A stretch of 64,000 nucleotides of DNA from an uncultured Chloroflexota bacterium (GTDB lineage Bacteria; Chloroflexota; Limnocylindria; Limnocylindrales; CSP1-4), in contig CAMTVM010000061.1 in the NCBI GenBank assembly GCA_947085195.1, positions 10,969 through 74,968 of the forward strand, written 5' to 3'. This document shows positions 41,478-50,284 of the stretch, piece after piece. Under the pieces are notes generated by a model. The model made no database searches. It saw only the letters and a program-made list of their open reading frames with translations, and was not told the DNA's origin. The first letter of the stretch is position 1, and the number at the start of each line of letters is the position of its first letter. A program made the translations under genes and the position numbers.

Positions 41478-43136
41478 ATGTCGAACACTGAGCACGCCGA
41501 GCACGCCGATCTCGTCCTGACCGGGGGTCGCATCTTCACCGCCGATGCCGCGAAGACCTGGGCGGAGGCGCTCGCCGTGAAGGACGGTCGCATCGTCGCC
41601 GTGGGCGGCGACCGCGATGTGCGGAGCCTCATTGGAGCGAGGACGCGTCACATCGAGCTCCGCGGCCGGACCGTCACGCCCGGCTTCCAGGACGCCCACG
41701 TCCATCCGCCGATGGCCGGGCTCGCCCGCATTCGATGCGAGCTGCACGACACGCGCGGCAGGGACGGCTACCTGGAGATCATCGCCGCGTATGCCGCCGC
41801 GAACCCCGAGGTGCCCTGGATCCTGGGTGGGGGCTGGACTCTCTCGGACTTCCCCGGCGGGCGGCCCAACCGCGAGGACCTCGACCGCATCGTCCCCGAC
41901 CGGCCCGTGTTCCTCCGGAACCGCGACGGTCACGACGCCTGGGCCAACTCGAGGGCCCTCGAGATCGCCGGCATCACCAAGGACAGCCCCGATCCAGGCG
42001 ACGGCCGCATCGCCCGGGACCCGGACGGCACCCCGATGGGCACTCTCCACGAGGGTGCGATGACGCTCGTGGACCGCCTCGTCCCGCCGACCACGGGCGC
42101 GGATCTCCGGCGCGCCATCCTCGAGAGCCAGCGATACCTCCACTCGCTCGGGATCACGGCCTGGCAGGACGCGTGGGTGACCCCGGTCGAGCAGGCGGCG
42201 TACATGGCCCTGGCGACCAGCGGCGAGCTCACGGCCCGCGTCGTCGGCGCCCAGTGGTGGCAGCGCGAGCGCGGCCTCGAGCAGATCGACGAGATGGTCG
42301 AGCGCCGCGCAAACGGGCAGACAGGCCGGTTCGCCGCCACCAGCGTCAAGCTCATGACCGACGGGATCGTCGAGAACCAGACGGCCTCGATGACCCAGCC
42401 CTACCTCGACGTCCACGGTCACGCCACCGGCAACCGCGGCCTGGACTTCATCGACCCCGAGGTCCTCAAGCAGGCCGTCGTCCGCCTCGACACCCTCGGC
42501 TTCCAGCCGCACTTCCACGCGCTCGGCGACCGCGCGGTCCGCCAGTCGCTCGATGCCGTGGAAGCCGCCCGTCGCGCCAACGGCTGGTCCGACACGCGGC
42601 CGCACCTCGCCCACATCCAGGTCGTCCACCCCGACGATCTCGCGCGGTTCCGCCGTCTCGGCGCGCTCGCCAACGCGCAGCCGTACTGGGCCGTCCTCGA
42701 GGACCAGATGACCGAGCTGACGCTGCCCGTCCTCGGTCCGGAGGTCTCCGCGCGGCAGTACCCGTTCCGGTCCCTCCGCGCCCACGGCGCCACGCTGGTC
42801 ATGGGCTCGGACTGGAGCGTTTCCACGCCCGATCCGTTCCTCCAGATGGAGGTGGCGGTGACGCGGGTCAGCGACGAATCACGCGGGATGCGTGAGCCGT
42901 TCATGCCGCACGAGGCGCTGGAGCTCGTGGACATCCTGACCGCGGCCACGGCCGGGTCCGCCTACGCGAACCACCTTGACGAGACGGGCACGCTCGCGGT
43001 CGGAAAGCTGGCCGACCTCGCGATCCTGGACCGGGACCTGTTCGATGCGGGCCAGGGCGCGATCGGCGAGACGACGGTGCTGGCCACGTTCATCGAGGGC
43101 TTCGCCGTGCACGAGGTCCCGGGCCTCGGCGGATAG
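41478..43136 (+). CDS. Amidohydrolase-3 (YtcJ-like) metal-dependent hydrolase
   Basis: From MSNTEH. DLVLTGGRIFT, TPGFQDAHVHP, HFHALGDRAV and LVMGSDW. Confidence 0.85.
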   Translation: MSNTEHAEHADLVLTGGRIFTADAAKTWAEALAVKDGRIVAVGGDRDVRSLIGARTRHIELRGRTVTPGFQDAHVHPPMAGLARIRCELHDTRGRDGYLEIIAAYAAANPEVPWILGGGWTLSDFPGGRPNREDLDRIVPDRPVFLRNRDGHDAWANSRALEIAGITKDSPDPGDGRIARDPDGTPMGTLHEGAMTLVDRLVPPTTGADLRRAILESQRYLHSLGITAWQDAWVTPVEQAAYMALATSGELTARVVGAQWWQRERGLEQIDEMVERRANGQTGRFAATSVKLMTDGIVENQTASMTQPYLDVHGHATGNRGLDFIDPEVLKQAVVRLDTLGFQPHFHALGDRAVRQSLDAVEAARRANGWSDTRPHLAHIQVVHPDDLARFRRLGALANAQPYWAVLEDQMTELTLPVLGPEVSARQYPFRSLRAHGATLVMGSDWSVSTPDPFLQMEVAVTRVSDESRGMREPFMPHEALELVDILTAATAGSAYANHLDETGTLAVGKLADLAILDRDLFDAGQGAIGETTVLATFIEGFAVHEVPGLGG

Positions 43137-43158
43137 GCGGAACGCCCGGCCCGAGCCC

Positions 43159-43271
43159 GATCACCGCGAGCCGCCGACCCGAGCCACCCGCTCCGCCCCC
43201 TGCCGATCACCGCGAGCCGCCGTCCCGAGCCGCCGCGCCCCCTGTCACCGCGAGCCGCCCCACGTCCCGAC
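43159..43271. repeat. Imperfect 40-46 bp tandem repeat x2.6 (gatcaccgcgagccgcc...)
   Basis: Read directly. Lies between the amidohydrolase stop and the Crp-like fragment. Confidence 0.75.
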
Positions 43272-43422
43272 GGGCGCGTCGCACAACGGTCCACCCGCTG
43301 CACGACACAGACGTCACCTGACCTGGCCTTCGCGCGCAACGAACGTGCCGCCACGCGGCGCAATCGGCGCGCCCCGGAACCGTTGAGCCGCACAGCGGCT
43401 CGGCCTGCCGCTTGGCAGCGAG

Positions 43423-43788
43423 GTGGCCGCGCCTGACGAGACCGGTCAACCGTGCCCTCCACTCGTCCAGACGCTCGGGAACCCCATACTGTTCGAGTGG
43501 CGGCTGGCGCTGGCGCTGGACCTCGTCGGCGATGTCGCGCTGGGGACGCTCGAGGCGCGACTCGCCGGGTTGCTGTTGCGGCACGCCCGGGGATCCGCCG
43601 AAGTGCCCGCGACGCACGAGGAGCTGGCGCGCGAGCTGGCCTGCGACCGGGAGGCGGTGAGCCGGACGCTCGGGACCTGGGGGCGAGCGGGCATCGTGCA
43701 GCTCGGGCGAGGGCACGTCAGCGTGATCGACGTTGCGAGGCTCAGCGAGCTGGCGGGAACGGCGGGGGAGACCACGCTCGAGGGCTGA
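43423..43788 (+). CDS. Crp/Fnr-type C-terminal HTH domain only (N-terminally truncated; possibly a gene remnant)
   Basis: LEARLAGLLLRHA...THEELARELACDREAVSRTLGTWGRAGIVQLGRGHVSVIDVARL matches the Crp DNA-binding domain. No cNMP-binding beta-barrel is encoded upstream. Confidence 0.5.
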   Translation: MAAPDETGQPCPPLVQTLGNPILFEWRLALALDLVGDVALGTLEARLAGLLLRHARGSAEVPATHEELARELACDREAVSRTLGTWGRAGIVQLGRGHVSVIDVARLSELAGTAGETTLEG

Positions 43789-43879
43789 CATCGGCCGTGC
43801 ATCGGCCGTCGCGCCTCGGGGGGGGTCCCGCCCGCGCCGTTGTCCGTGGGGTCGATTGCCGAAGGACGGTGAACCCGGT

Positions 43880-44575
43880 TCACCAAAGGTCGGACGGCGC
43901 GTCGACATCCCGGAGGGTCGCGCCCACCGGGTCCAGGGCGCGCCAGGCGTCGGCGGGGAGCGCGGCCGAGGGGACGCCGTCGAGCAGGGTGTACAGGCTC
44001 CGGCGACCACCCGAGGCCAGGATGGCGTCGATGGCCCTCAGGGCTGCGCCCGCGCGAACGGCCATCGGGAGCGGCGCGGGGGCTGATGCGGCGAGGGTCA
44101 TCGCGGCGAGGGACTGGTCTGCGGCGAGCGCCTCTGCCATGAGCCGGAGGACCGCCGGCACGAGCGAGGGCATGTCACCGCCGACAACGAGCACGACCTC
44201 GTTCCGCCCCGCCGTCGCCCCTGTGATGTGCGGAGCCTCATCAGGAACAGGGGTACCCACGGCCGCGAACTCACCCACCACGGCCGCAATCCCCTCCACG
44301 ACCGCCGCGAGGCCCGCCGCGAGGCCCGCCAGCGGGCCCCCCAGCGCGGCGGCGTCCCGGGCGAAGGCGACGCGATCCGCCAGCACCTCCGGAACCGGCG
44401 GCAACGGTGCCTCCGGCCCGATGACGACGACGATCCGGTCCGCGACCGCCGCCACGGCCTCCAGGGCGTGATGGAGCAACGGCCGGCCGTCGTGCTGGGC
44501 CGCCAGCTTGTCCGAGCCGAACCGCGACGACGCCCCGCCGGCGAGCACGAGCGCAACGATGTCGGACGAGGTCAT
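43880..44575 (-). CDS. mobA: Molybdenum cofactor guanylyltransferase
   Basis: 231 aa from MTSSDIVALVLAGGASSRFG. GPLAGL and VGGDMP. ATGA overlap with the selB stop. Confidence 0.85.
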   Translation of the reverse strand: MTSSDIVALVLAGGASSRFGSDKLAAQHDGRPLLHHALEAVAAVADRIVVVIGPEAPLPPVPEVLADRVAFARDAAALGGPLAGLAAGLAAVVEGIAAVVGEFAAVGTPVPDEAPHITGATAGRNEVVLVVGGDMPSLVPAVLRLMAEALAADQSLAAMTLAASAPAPLPMAVRAGAALRAIDAILASGGRRSLYTLLDGVPSAALPADAWRALDPVGATLRDVDAPSDLW

Positions 44576-46491
44576 GCGCCGTCCGCCCCCGCGCCCCTGG
44601 CCTCGGCCGCCCGGGCCTGCATCCGGGCGATGGTCTTGGGGCCGATGACGTGTCCCGCTTCCGTCCGGCGGAGGAGCCCGCGCCGGTCGAGGTCCTCGAG
44701 GATGACCATGACGAACCTGCGGCTGGAGCCGGTCGCGTCGCGGTAGGCGGCCGGCGAGAGCGGCGCGGCCGCGGCGAGGGAGAGGGCGCGCCTGACGAGC
44801 TCCCGGTAGGTGCCCGCGGCCCACGCCAGGTCATCCTCGAGACGGACGATCCGGCCCGCGGCTTCCAGCGCCCGCAGGCCCTCTGGCGGGCACCCCGCCG
44901 CGCGCGCCGCCTCCGCCAGGGACGGGGGCGCGACGAGGGAGAGGGCGGCCTCCAGGCGGTCCATCGCGGCGAGGGTGTCTGCCGGCAGGCCGCCAGCGCG
45001 AGCGGCGTCCCGGACCCGCTCCCCGTCCCGGGCGAGCGGGCCCGCAGCCACCAGGTCGTCGACCACCTGGCGCGCGACGACGTCGGCGCCTGCGCGACCC
45101 ACGGTCACGAGCCGCCGAACGGCGATCGCCAGCGCCTGGCGGAGAGCCGCGGCGGACATCCCCGGCGAGGCGGGCTCGGTGGCGTGATGCTCCGCGACGA
45201 GCGCCCCCGCTCCAGCCGCCAGCGAGACGGCCACGTCCGGCGCAAGGTGCCATCGCGCACCGTCCCGGACCGCCCCGTGCAGGTCCAGCCGCGCGCCCGG
45301 ATCGCCCACGGCCGCCGCCATCGCGGCAGCGCGCGCAACCGTGAGCCGCCGGCGCGAGACCCCCCGCGGCGGAGCCGGATCCACGATCACCCCGCCGCCC
45401 GCCGCGGAACCCGGGGATGGCCGGCGGAGCGCGAACCGGTCGCCGGCCGCTGCCGCGATCGGTGCATCCAGCCGCAGGATCGCGAGGGTTGACCCATCCG
45501 GCAGGTCGATGGCCTCGCGAGGTCCGCGCACCACCAGCGCGGCCGCCTGTTCGGTCCCGAGGTGCAGGCGAAGACGGTCCCGGTCGCTTGGAGCGGGAGT
45601 GGCCGCCGCAGACCCTGCGACCCGGCCAAGCCCGGCCGGCGCCCGCATCGCCACCAGCACCCGCGACGTGGCGACCACCGCGGGATCCGTCGTCAGGACC
45701 TGGCCTCGCCGGAGCACCCCGGCCGCAACCCCTCCGACCAGCAGCGCCGTCCGTCCGCCGTCCGCCGCCTCGACCGTCGCGCCGCGCACCTGGACCTCGC
45801 GAACGCGGATGTCGGGGCCGTCCGGCAGCGCGTGCAGGACATCGCCCGCCGCAACGCTCCCGCCCCGCAGGCTCCCGGTCACGACGGTGCCCCGTCCCTT
45901 GACCGCGAATACGCGGTCGATCGCCAGCCGCGGTCGCAATCCGGCCCGGACCTCCGTCATTGCCCGCGCTGCCCGCGCAACCACGCGAACCCCCAGCGCC
46001 GCCAGCTCGTTCCGGAGCGCCTCCACCCCGGCACCGGAGACCGAACTCACCACGACCACCGGCGCCCCAGTCAGGCTCATGCGCGCGACGAGCGCCTCGA
46101 CCTCGCCCACCACGTCGGCCGCCCGCCCTGCCGCCACCATGTCGGCCTTCGTCACCGCGATCACGCCGTCCGCGATCCCGAGCGCATCGAGCAGCTCCAG
46201 GTGTTCCAGCGTCTGGGCGTTCGGCCCGTCGTCCGCGGCGATCACGACCAGCGCCGCATCGATCTCGCCCGCGCCCACCAGCATGTTGCCGACCAGCCGG
46301 TCGTGGCCCGGCACGTCCACGAAGTCCAGCACGGACCCGTCGGGAAGCACGAGATGCGCGTACCCGACGTCGATCGTCATGCCGCGCCGGCGCTCCTCCG
46401 GCAGGCGGTCCGCGTCGATGCCCGTGAGCGCGCGCAGGAGCGTGGTCTTGCCATGGTCGATGTGACCGGCGGTCCCGATGACGACGCTCAT
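44572..46491 (-). CDS. selB: Selenocysteine-specific elongation factor
   Basis: MSVVIGTAGHIDHGKTTLLRALTG, DVPGH and TKAD, then a long C-terminal winged-helix region. An alternative GTG start at 46500 is 3 codons upstream. Confidence 0.95.
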   Translation of the reverse strand: MSVVIGTAGHIDHGKTTLLRALTGIDADRLPEERRRGMTIDVGYAHLVLPDGSVLDFVDVPGHDRLVGNMLVGAGEIDAALVVIAADDGPNAQTLEHLELLDALGIADGVIAVTKADMVAAGRAADVVGEVEALVARMSLTGAPVVVVSSVSGAGVEALRNELAALGVRVVARAARAMTEVRAGLRPRLAIDRVFAVKGRGTVVTGSLRGGSVAAGDVLHALPDGPDIRVREVQVRGATVEAADGGRTALLVGGVAAGVLRRGQVLTTDPAVVATSRVLVAMRAPAGLGRVAGSAAATPAPSDRDRLRLHLGTEQAAALVVRGPREAIDLPDGSTLAILRLDAPIAAAAGDRFALRRPSPGSAAGGGVIVDPAPPRGVSRRRLTVARAAAMAAAVGDPGARLDLHGAVRDGARWHLAPDVAVSLAAGAGALVAEHHATEPASPGMSAAALRQALAIAVRRLVTVGRAGADVVARQVVDDLVAAGPLARDGERVRDAARAGGLPADTLAAMDRLEAALSLVAPPSLAEAARAAGCPPEGLRALEAAGRIVRLEDDLAWAAGTYRELVRRALSLAAAAPLSPAAYRDATGSSRRFVMVILEDLDRRGLLRRTEAGHVIGPKTIARMQARAAEARGAGADGA

Positions 46492-46521
46492 CGATGCCAC
46501 CTCAGGCTCATCGATGCCACC
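46486..46521. repeat. 20-bp-period tandem duplication of the selB start region (gctcatcgatgccacc x2)
   Basis: Read directly. On the coding strand this is ggtggcatcgatgagc, occurring twice. Confidence 0.8.
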
Positions 46522-46610
46522 CGGCCCCGATCCGGACTCGCTCGCCCGATGTGCGGAGCCTCATCGCGAACCGCAGTGATTCTCGGCAGCCGTGCGGCGA
46601 AACGGTGATC

Positions 46611-48005
46611 TCATGACCGCGGTGGCGCCACGTCCGCGATCCGCCGGACGAGCACGCCGTCGGCAACCGCGGGCACGGTCCGCAGGTCGAACACGATCGC
46701 CCCGTCCACGATGCGCGCGAGGATCCGGTCCGGGCCCCGCCGAAGCGAAGCACCCGCCCGCGTCGGCGACGCCGCCGGCACCGACACCCCGAACGACGGG
46801 AGGACCTGGCCCGGCAGCGACCCGCCCCCAACCGGCGACTCGAGTGCCACCGCCGAGACGTCGAGCCGCCCGGCCTCTACCGCCAGCCCGCGGACCCACT
46901 CGGCGCGCGCGCGCAGCGCATCCGGCTCGATCGCGATCGTCTGCCAGACCGGGATGTCCAGCACCGCCCGCCCGGCCCGGTAGATCGCCAGCGTCGCGGC
47001 CACCCCGGCCAGGATCGCCTTGTCCGCGCGGATCGCCCGCGCCAGCGGGTCCCGGCGCAGCCTCGCGACCAGGTCCGCGCGCCCGACGATCAGCCCCGCC
47101 TGCGGTCCGCCCACCAGCTTGTCGCCGCTGAACAGGACGAGGTCCGCGCCGGCCGCGAGACGCTCGGACGGGGTGGGCTCGTGCGCCAGGCCGAACGCCG
47201 CCGTGTCCAGGAGCGCGCCGGAGCCAAGGTCGTCGATGACGATGGCGCCGTGACGGTGGGCGATGGCGGCCACCTCGGCCAGGTCCGCGCTCTCGGTGAA
47301 CCCGGACTGCGCGAAGTTCGACGGGTGGACCCGCAGCACCGCCTTCGCCCGCCCTTCGGCAACGGGCGCCTCGAAGTCCGCCGTGCGCGTCCGGTTCGTC
47401 GTCCCAACCTCGATCAGCCGCGCACCCGACCGCGCCACGATCTCGGGGATCCGCACCCCGCCGCCGATCTCCACCAGCTCACCGCGCGACACGACCACGG
47501 ACCCGCGACGCCCGACCAGCCCCACGGCCAGCAGGAGCGCGGCGGCGTTGTTCGTGACGACCATGGCGTCCTCAGCACCGGTGAGCGCGACCAGGTGCTC
47601 CTCCGCCGCGCGGAACCGCGGCCCGCGCCGGCCGGTGCCCTCGTCCAGCTCCAGGTAGCCGTAGGTGCGCGCGGCGGCGAGGGCGGCGGCGCGGGCGGCG
47701 CGCGGCCACGGCGCCCGGCCAAGGTTCGTGTGGAGGACCACGCCCGTGGCGTTGATGACGTGGGGCGGGATCGTCAGCGCCGGGTCGAACAGGTCGTCGA
47801 TGCGGGCCAGGACGGCCTCCGCCAGCTCGGCCTCCGGCGTGGGCGCGGCGCCCGACGCCAGCCGCCATCGCTCCTCGTCGATGACCGTCCGCGCCAGCGC
47901 GGTCAGCGCGGCGGGCTCCGAGACTTCCGCCTCGCCGGACGCGCGGAGGAGCGCCAGGATCCGCTCGACGCTGGGCGGATGGGGTTGCTGGGGCTGATCC
48001 GGCAT
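46611..48005 (-). CDS. selA: L-seryl-tRNA(Sec) selenium transferase
   Basis: 464 aa. VINATGVVLHTNLGRAPW and FSGDKLVGGPQAGLIVG (PLP lysine context). Confidence 0.95.
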   Translation of the reverse strand: MPDQPQQPHPPSVERILALLRASGEAEVSEPAALTALARTVIDEERWRLASGAAPTPEAELAEAVLARIDDLFDPALTIPPHVINATGVVLHTNLGRAPWPRAARAAALAAARTYGYLELDEGTGRRGPRFRAAEEHLVALTGAEDAMVVTNNAAALLLAVGLVGRRGSVVVSRGELVEIGGGVRIPEIVARSGARLIEVGTTNRTRTADFEAPVAEGRAKAVLRVHPSNFAQSGFTESADLAEVAAIAHRHGAIVIDDLGSGALLDTAAFGLAHEPTPSERLAAGADLVLFSGDKLVGGPQAGLIVGRADLVARLRRDPLARAIRADKAILAGVAATLAIYRAGRAVLDIPVWQTIAIEPDALRARAEWVRGLAVEAGRLDVSAVALESPVGGGSLPGQVLPSFGVSVPAASPTRAGASLRRGPDRILARIVDGAIVFDLRTVPAVADGVLVRRIADVAPPRS

Positions 48006-48084
48006 GGCGTGATGATCGCAGGCCGGGGGACGTTGCCGCTACGAACGACTGCGGGACCCGGCTGGGGACGCGCGGCGGTGAGGG

Positions 48085-48181
48085 TGGCGGGAGCGCATGG
48101 GAGTCGAACCCACCGCGCGACGCCGGGCGCCGCGCCACCGGTGTTGAAGACCGGGAAGCCCACCGGGACCCCTCCGCTCCC
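48085..48181 (-). tRNA. selC: tRNA-Sec (anticodon UCA)
   Basis: The minus strand reads GGGAGCGG AG GGGTCC-CGGT-GGGCTT C CCGGT-CTTCAAC-ACCGG, a long variable arm, GTGGG-TTCGACT-CCCAT, then GCGCTCCC G CCA. It has a 6-bp D stem with a 4-nt loop, a long extra arm and an 8/5-type acceptor/T geometry (the 8th acceptor pair is G-G). Confidence 0.88.
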
Positions 48182-48225
48182 GTCGGTGATGGTAGCGCTC
48201 GCGACGGCCCGCCTATGATCCGGGC

Positions 48226-49326
48226 ATGCGCATGCTCTCCGATCTCCCGCCGATCCGCCTGACCGAGATGACCGAGTGTGGCGGCTGCGCCGCGAAGCTG
48301 GGGGCCGACCTCCTGGCCGAGGCGCTGGCGGGGTTGGGTGCCTCGGGTGCGGCGGACGCGGATCCCGCGCTCATCGCCGGCCTCGCGCCGCCCGACGACG
48401 CCGCCGCGTACCGCGTCTCGGACGACCTTGCGATCCTCGGCACGCTGGACTTCTTCCCGCCGCTGGTGGACGACCCGGTCGCGTACGGGGAGATCGCCGC
48501 CGCCAATGCGCTCTCGGACGTGTTCGCCATGGGCGGGCGGGTCCTGTTCGGGCTGTCGATCGCGGCATTCCCGGAGGACTTCCCGAAGGCGGCAATGGCG
48601 GCCGTGTTCGAGGCTGCGGCGGCGAAGGTCCGCGAGGCGGGCGGCGTGCTGGCGGGCGGCCACACGATCCGCGATCCCGAGCCGAAGTACGGGCTGGCGG
48701 TGATCGGGGCCGCGCACCCGGATCGCCTGTTCCGCAAGGGGGGTGCGCGGCCGGGCGACGTGCTGCTGCTCACGAAGCGGTTGGGCACGGGACTGCTGGT
48801 GAGCGGGCGGCGCCAGGGGCGGGTCTCGGAGGCCCACCTGGAGGCGGCGATCACCCAGATGCGGACCCTCAACCGCGCCGCCTCGGAGGTCTTCGCCCGA
48901 CACGGGATCCGCGGCGCGACCGACGTGACGGGCTTCGGGCTGCTGGGGCACGGGCTGGAGATGGCGCGCGCGTCCGGGACCCGGCTGGTGTTCGAGGCCC
49001 TGGCTCTCCCCGCGCTGGACGGGGCCCTGGACGTGGCGCGCGACGGCGTGGAGACCGGCGGGGCGGGGCACAACCGGCGGTACACGGCGCCGTCGCTGGT
49101 GGTCGGTCGCGGGGTCGCCCCGGAGGCCATTGCCCTTGCCCACGACCCGCAGACATCCGGCGGCCTCCTGGCGGCGGTGCCGGCCGCTGTCGTTGTCGCC
49201 GTCGAGGCGGACCTGGCGAGCGCGGGCGTGCTGTCGTGGCGAGTGGGCGTCGTGGAGGCCGCGGGCGTCGTGGGGACCGCGGCGGGGGGCAGCGAGCCCG
49301 GCGTCGCGCTCCTGGCGGCGCGCTGA
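48226..49326 (+). CDS. selD: Selenide, water dikinase (Cys-type)
   Basis: 366 aa. N-terminal LTEMTECGGCAAKLG (Cys, not Sec, at the catalytic position). The fold is AIR-synthase-like. Confidence 0.93.
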   Translation: MRMLSDLPPIRLTEMTECGGCAAKLGADLLAEALAGLGASGAADADPALIAGLAPPDDAAAYRVSDDLAILGTLDFFPPLVDDPVAYGEIAAANALSDVFAMGGRVLFGLSIAAFPEDFPKAAMAAVFEAAAAKVREAGGVLAGGHTIRDPEPKYGLAVIGAAHPDRLFRKGGARPGDVLLLTKRLGTGLLVSGRRQGRVSEAHLEAAITQMRTLNRAASEVFARHGIRGATDVTGFGLLGHGLEMARASGTRLVFEALALPALDGALDVARDGVETGGAGHNRRYTAPSLVVGRGVAPEAIALAHDPQTSGGLLAAVPAAVVVAVEADLASAGVLSWRVGVVEAAGVVGTAAGGSEPGVALLAAR

Positions 49327-49493
49327 ACGCCCAGCGTTCACCCCGGCGGCCGGCGGCGGGCCGTTGAACGGCCAGCGTTCCAGCTGGCGGTTCCGAGGCT
49401 CCAAACCCGCGTGGCTGAACCCCTGCCGTTCCGTCGGGCGGTCGCACTTGGGCCGTCGCGCCCGCTGTCCGCCGCAGTGAACGCCCGGCGTTC
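49324..49493. repeat. Cluster of four GAAC-N7-GTTC palindromes
   Basis: tgaacgcccagcgttca (49324-49340, overlapping the selD stop), gaacggccagcgttc (49366-49380), gaacccctgccgttc (49417-49431) and gaacgcccggcgttc (49479-49493). Confidence 0.7.
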
Positions 49494-49578
49494 GATGGCT
49501 CGAAGACGGCGACTCATCGACCCCTCGCCGGGTCGGGTGCGTCAGCACCACCGGCGACCCAGCGGCGGTTCAGTGGAG

Positions 49579-50181
49579 TCAGCGGATCCGGTACCAGGCC
49601 CCCACGCACGCGGCGCCAACCGCGATCAGGTCCCACAACCCCTGGTTCATCAGCACCTGCAGGATCGGGAGGGCCGGCTCCTCACCCGTCCCGGCGACGA
49701 TCGCCTCCATCTCCGCGATCAGGATCCCGAAGTCGATCCCGAAGGCGATCAGCCCCCCGACCACGATCCCGCCGAACAGGATCGCAACCATCACGGGACC
49801 CCGCTTGTAGCCGGCGGCACGGATGACGGCTGCCGCGATCAGGCCGCCCCCGAAGTAGCCGATGAAGATCGACAGGAAGCCGATCTGGGCCGCGATGAGC
49901 GCGACGAGGAACCCACCGCCCAGGGCAATGCCGGCGCCCGCCAGCGCCTGCATCGGCGTGAACGAGGTCAGCGGATCGAAGGCGGGCTTGCCGCAGTCCC
50001 TGCACCGGAACCCGACCGGGCCCTGCATCGCGCAGCGCGGGCAGATCGGGCGGTCGCAGCGACCGCAGCGGACCCATGTCTCGCGGTCCGGGTGCCGGTG
50101 GCAGAACAGGCGCCCGTCGTCGGCCACGGCTGCCTCGTCGGCCGCCGACGAGTCGCTCCCGGGAACCCCCTCGCTGGTCAT
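49579..50181 (-). CDS. Membrane protein with N-terminal B-box-like zinc ribbon
   Basis: 200 aa. CHRHPDRETWVRCGRCDRPICPRCAMQGPVGFRCRDCG followed by about 4 Gly-rich TM helices. No rhomboid catalytic motifs seen. Confidence 0.65.
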   Translation of the reverse strand: MTSEGVPGSDSSAADEAAVADDGRLFCHRHPDRETWVRCGRCDRPICPRCAMQGPVGFRCRDCGKPAFDPLTSFTPMQALAGAGIALGGGFLVALIAAQIGFLSIFIGYFGGGLIAAAVIRAAGYKRGPVMVAILFGGIVVGGLIAFGIDFGILIAEMEAIVAGTGEEPALPILQVLMNQGLWDLIAVGAACVGAWYRIR

Positions 50182-50284
50182 CAGGCGAGAGGGTGCCCGG
50201 ACGCCGGGCGCGCGTCAAATCGGCCGATCGGGCGTTCGTCGGCCCACCGGGGCGCCCGCCTCCCCGGCCCCGGCCCCCGGTCGG

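Noticed and set aside
49324-49493. GAAC...GTTC palindromes as LexA (Cheo-box) sites
   Set aside because: The Gram-positive/actinobacterial SOS box has a 4-nt spacer (GAAC-N4-GTTC). All four sites here have 7 nt and lie between convergent gene ends, not in promoters of SOS genes.
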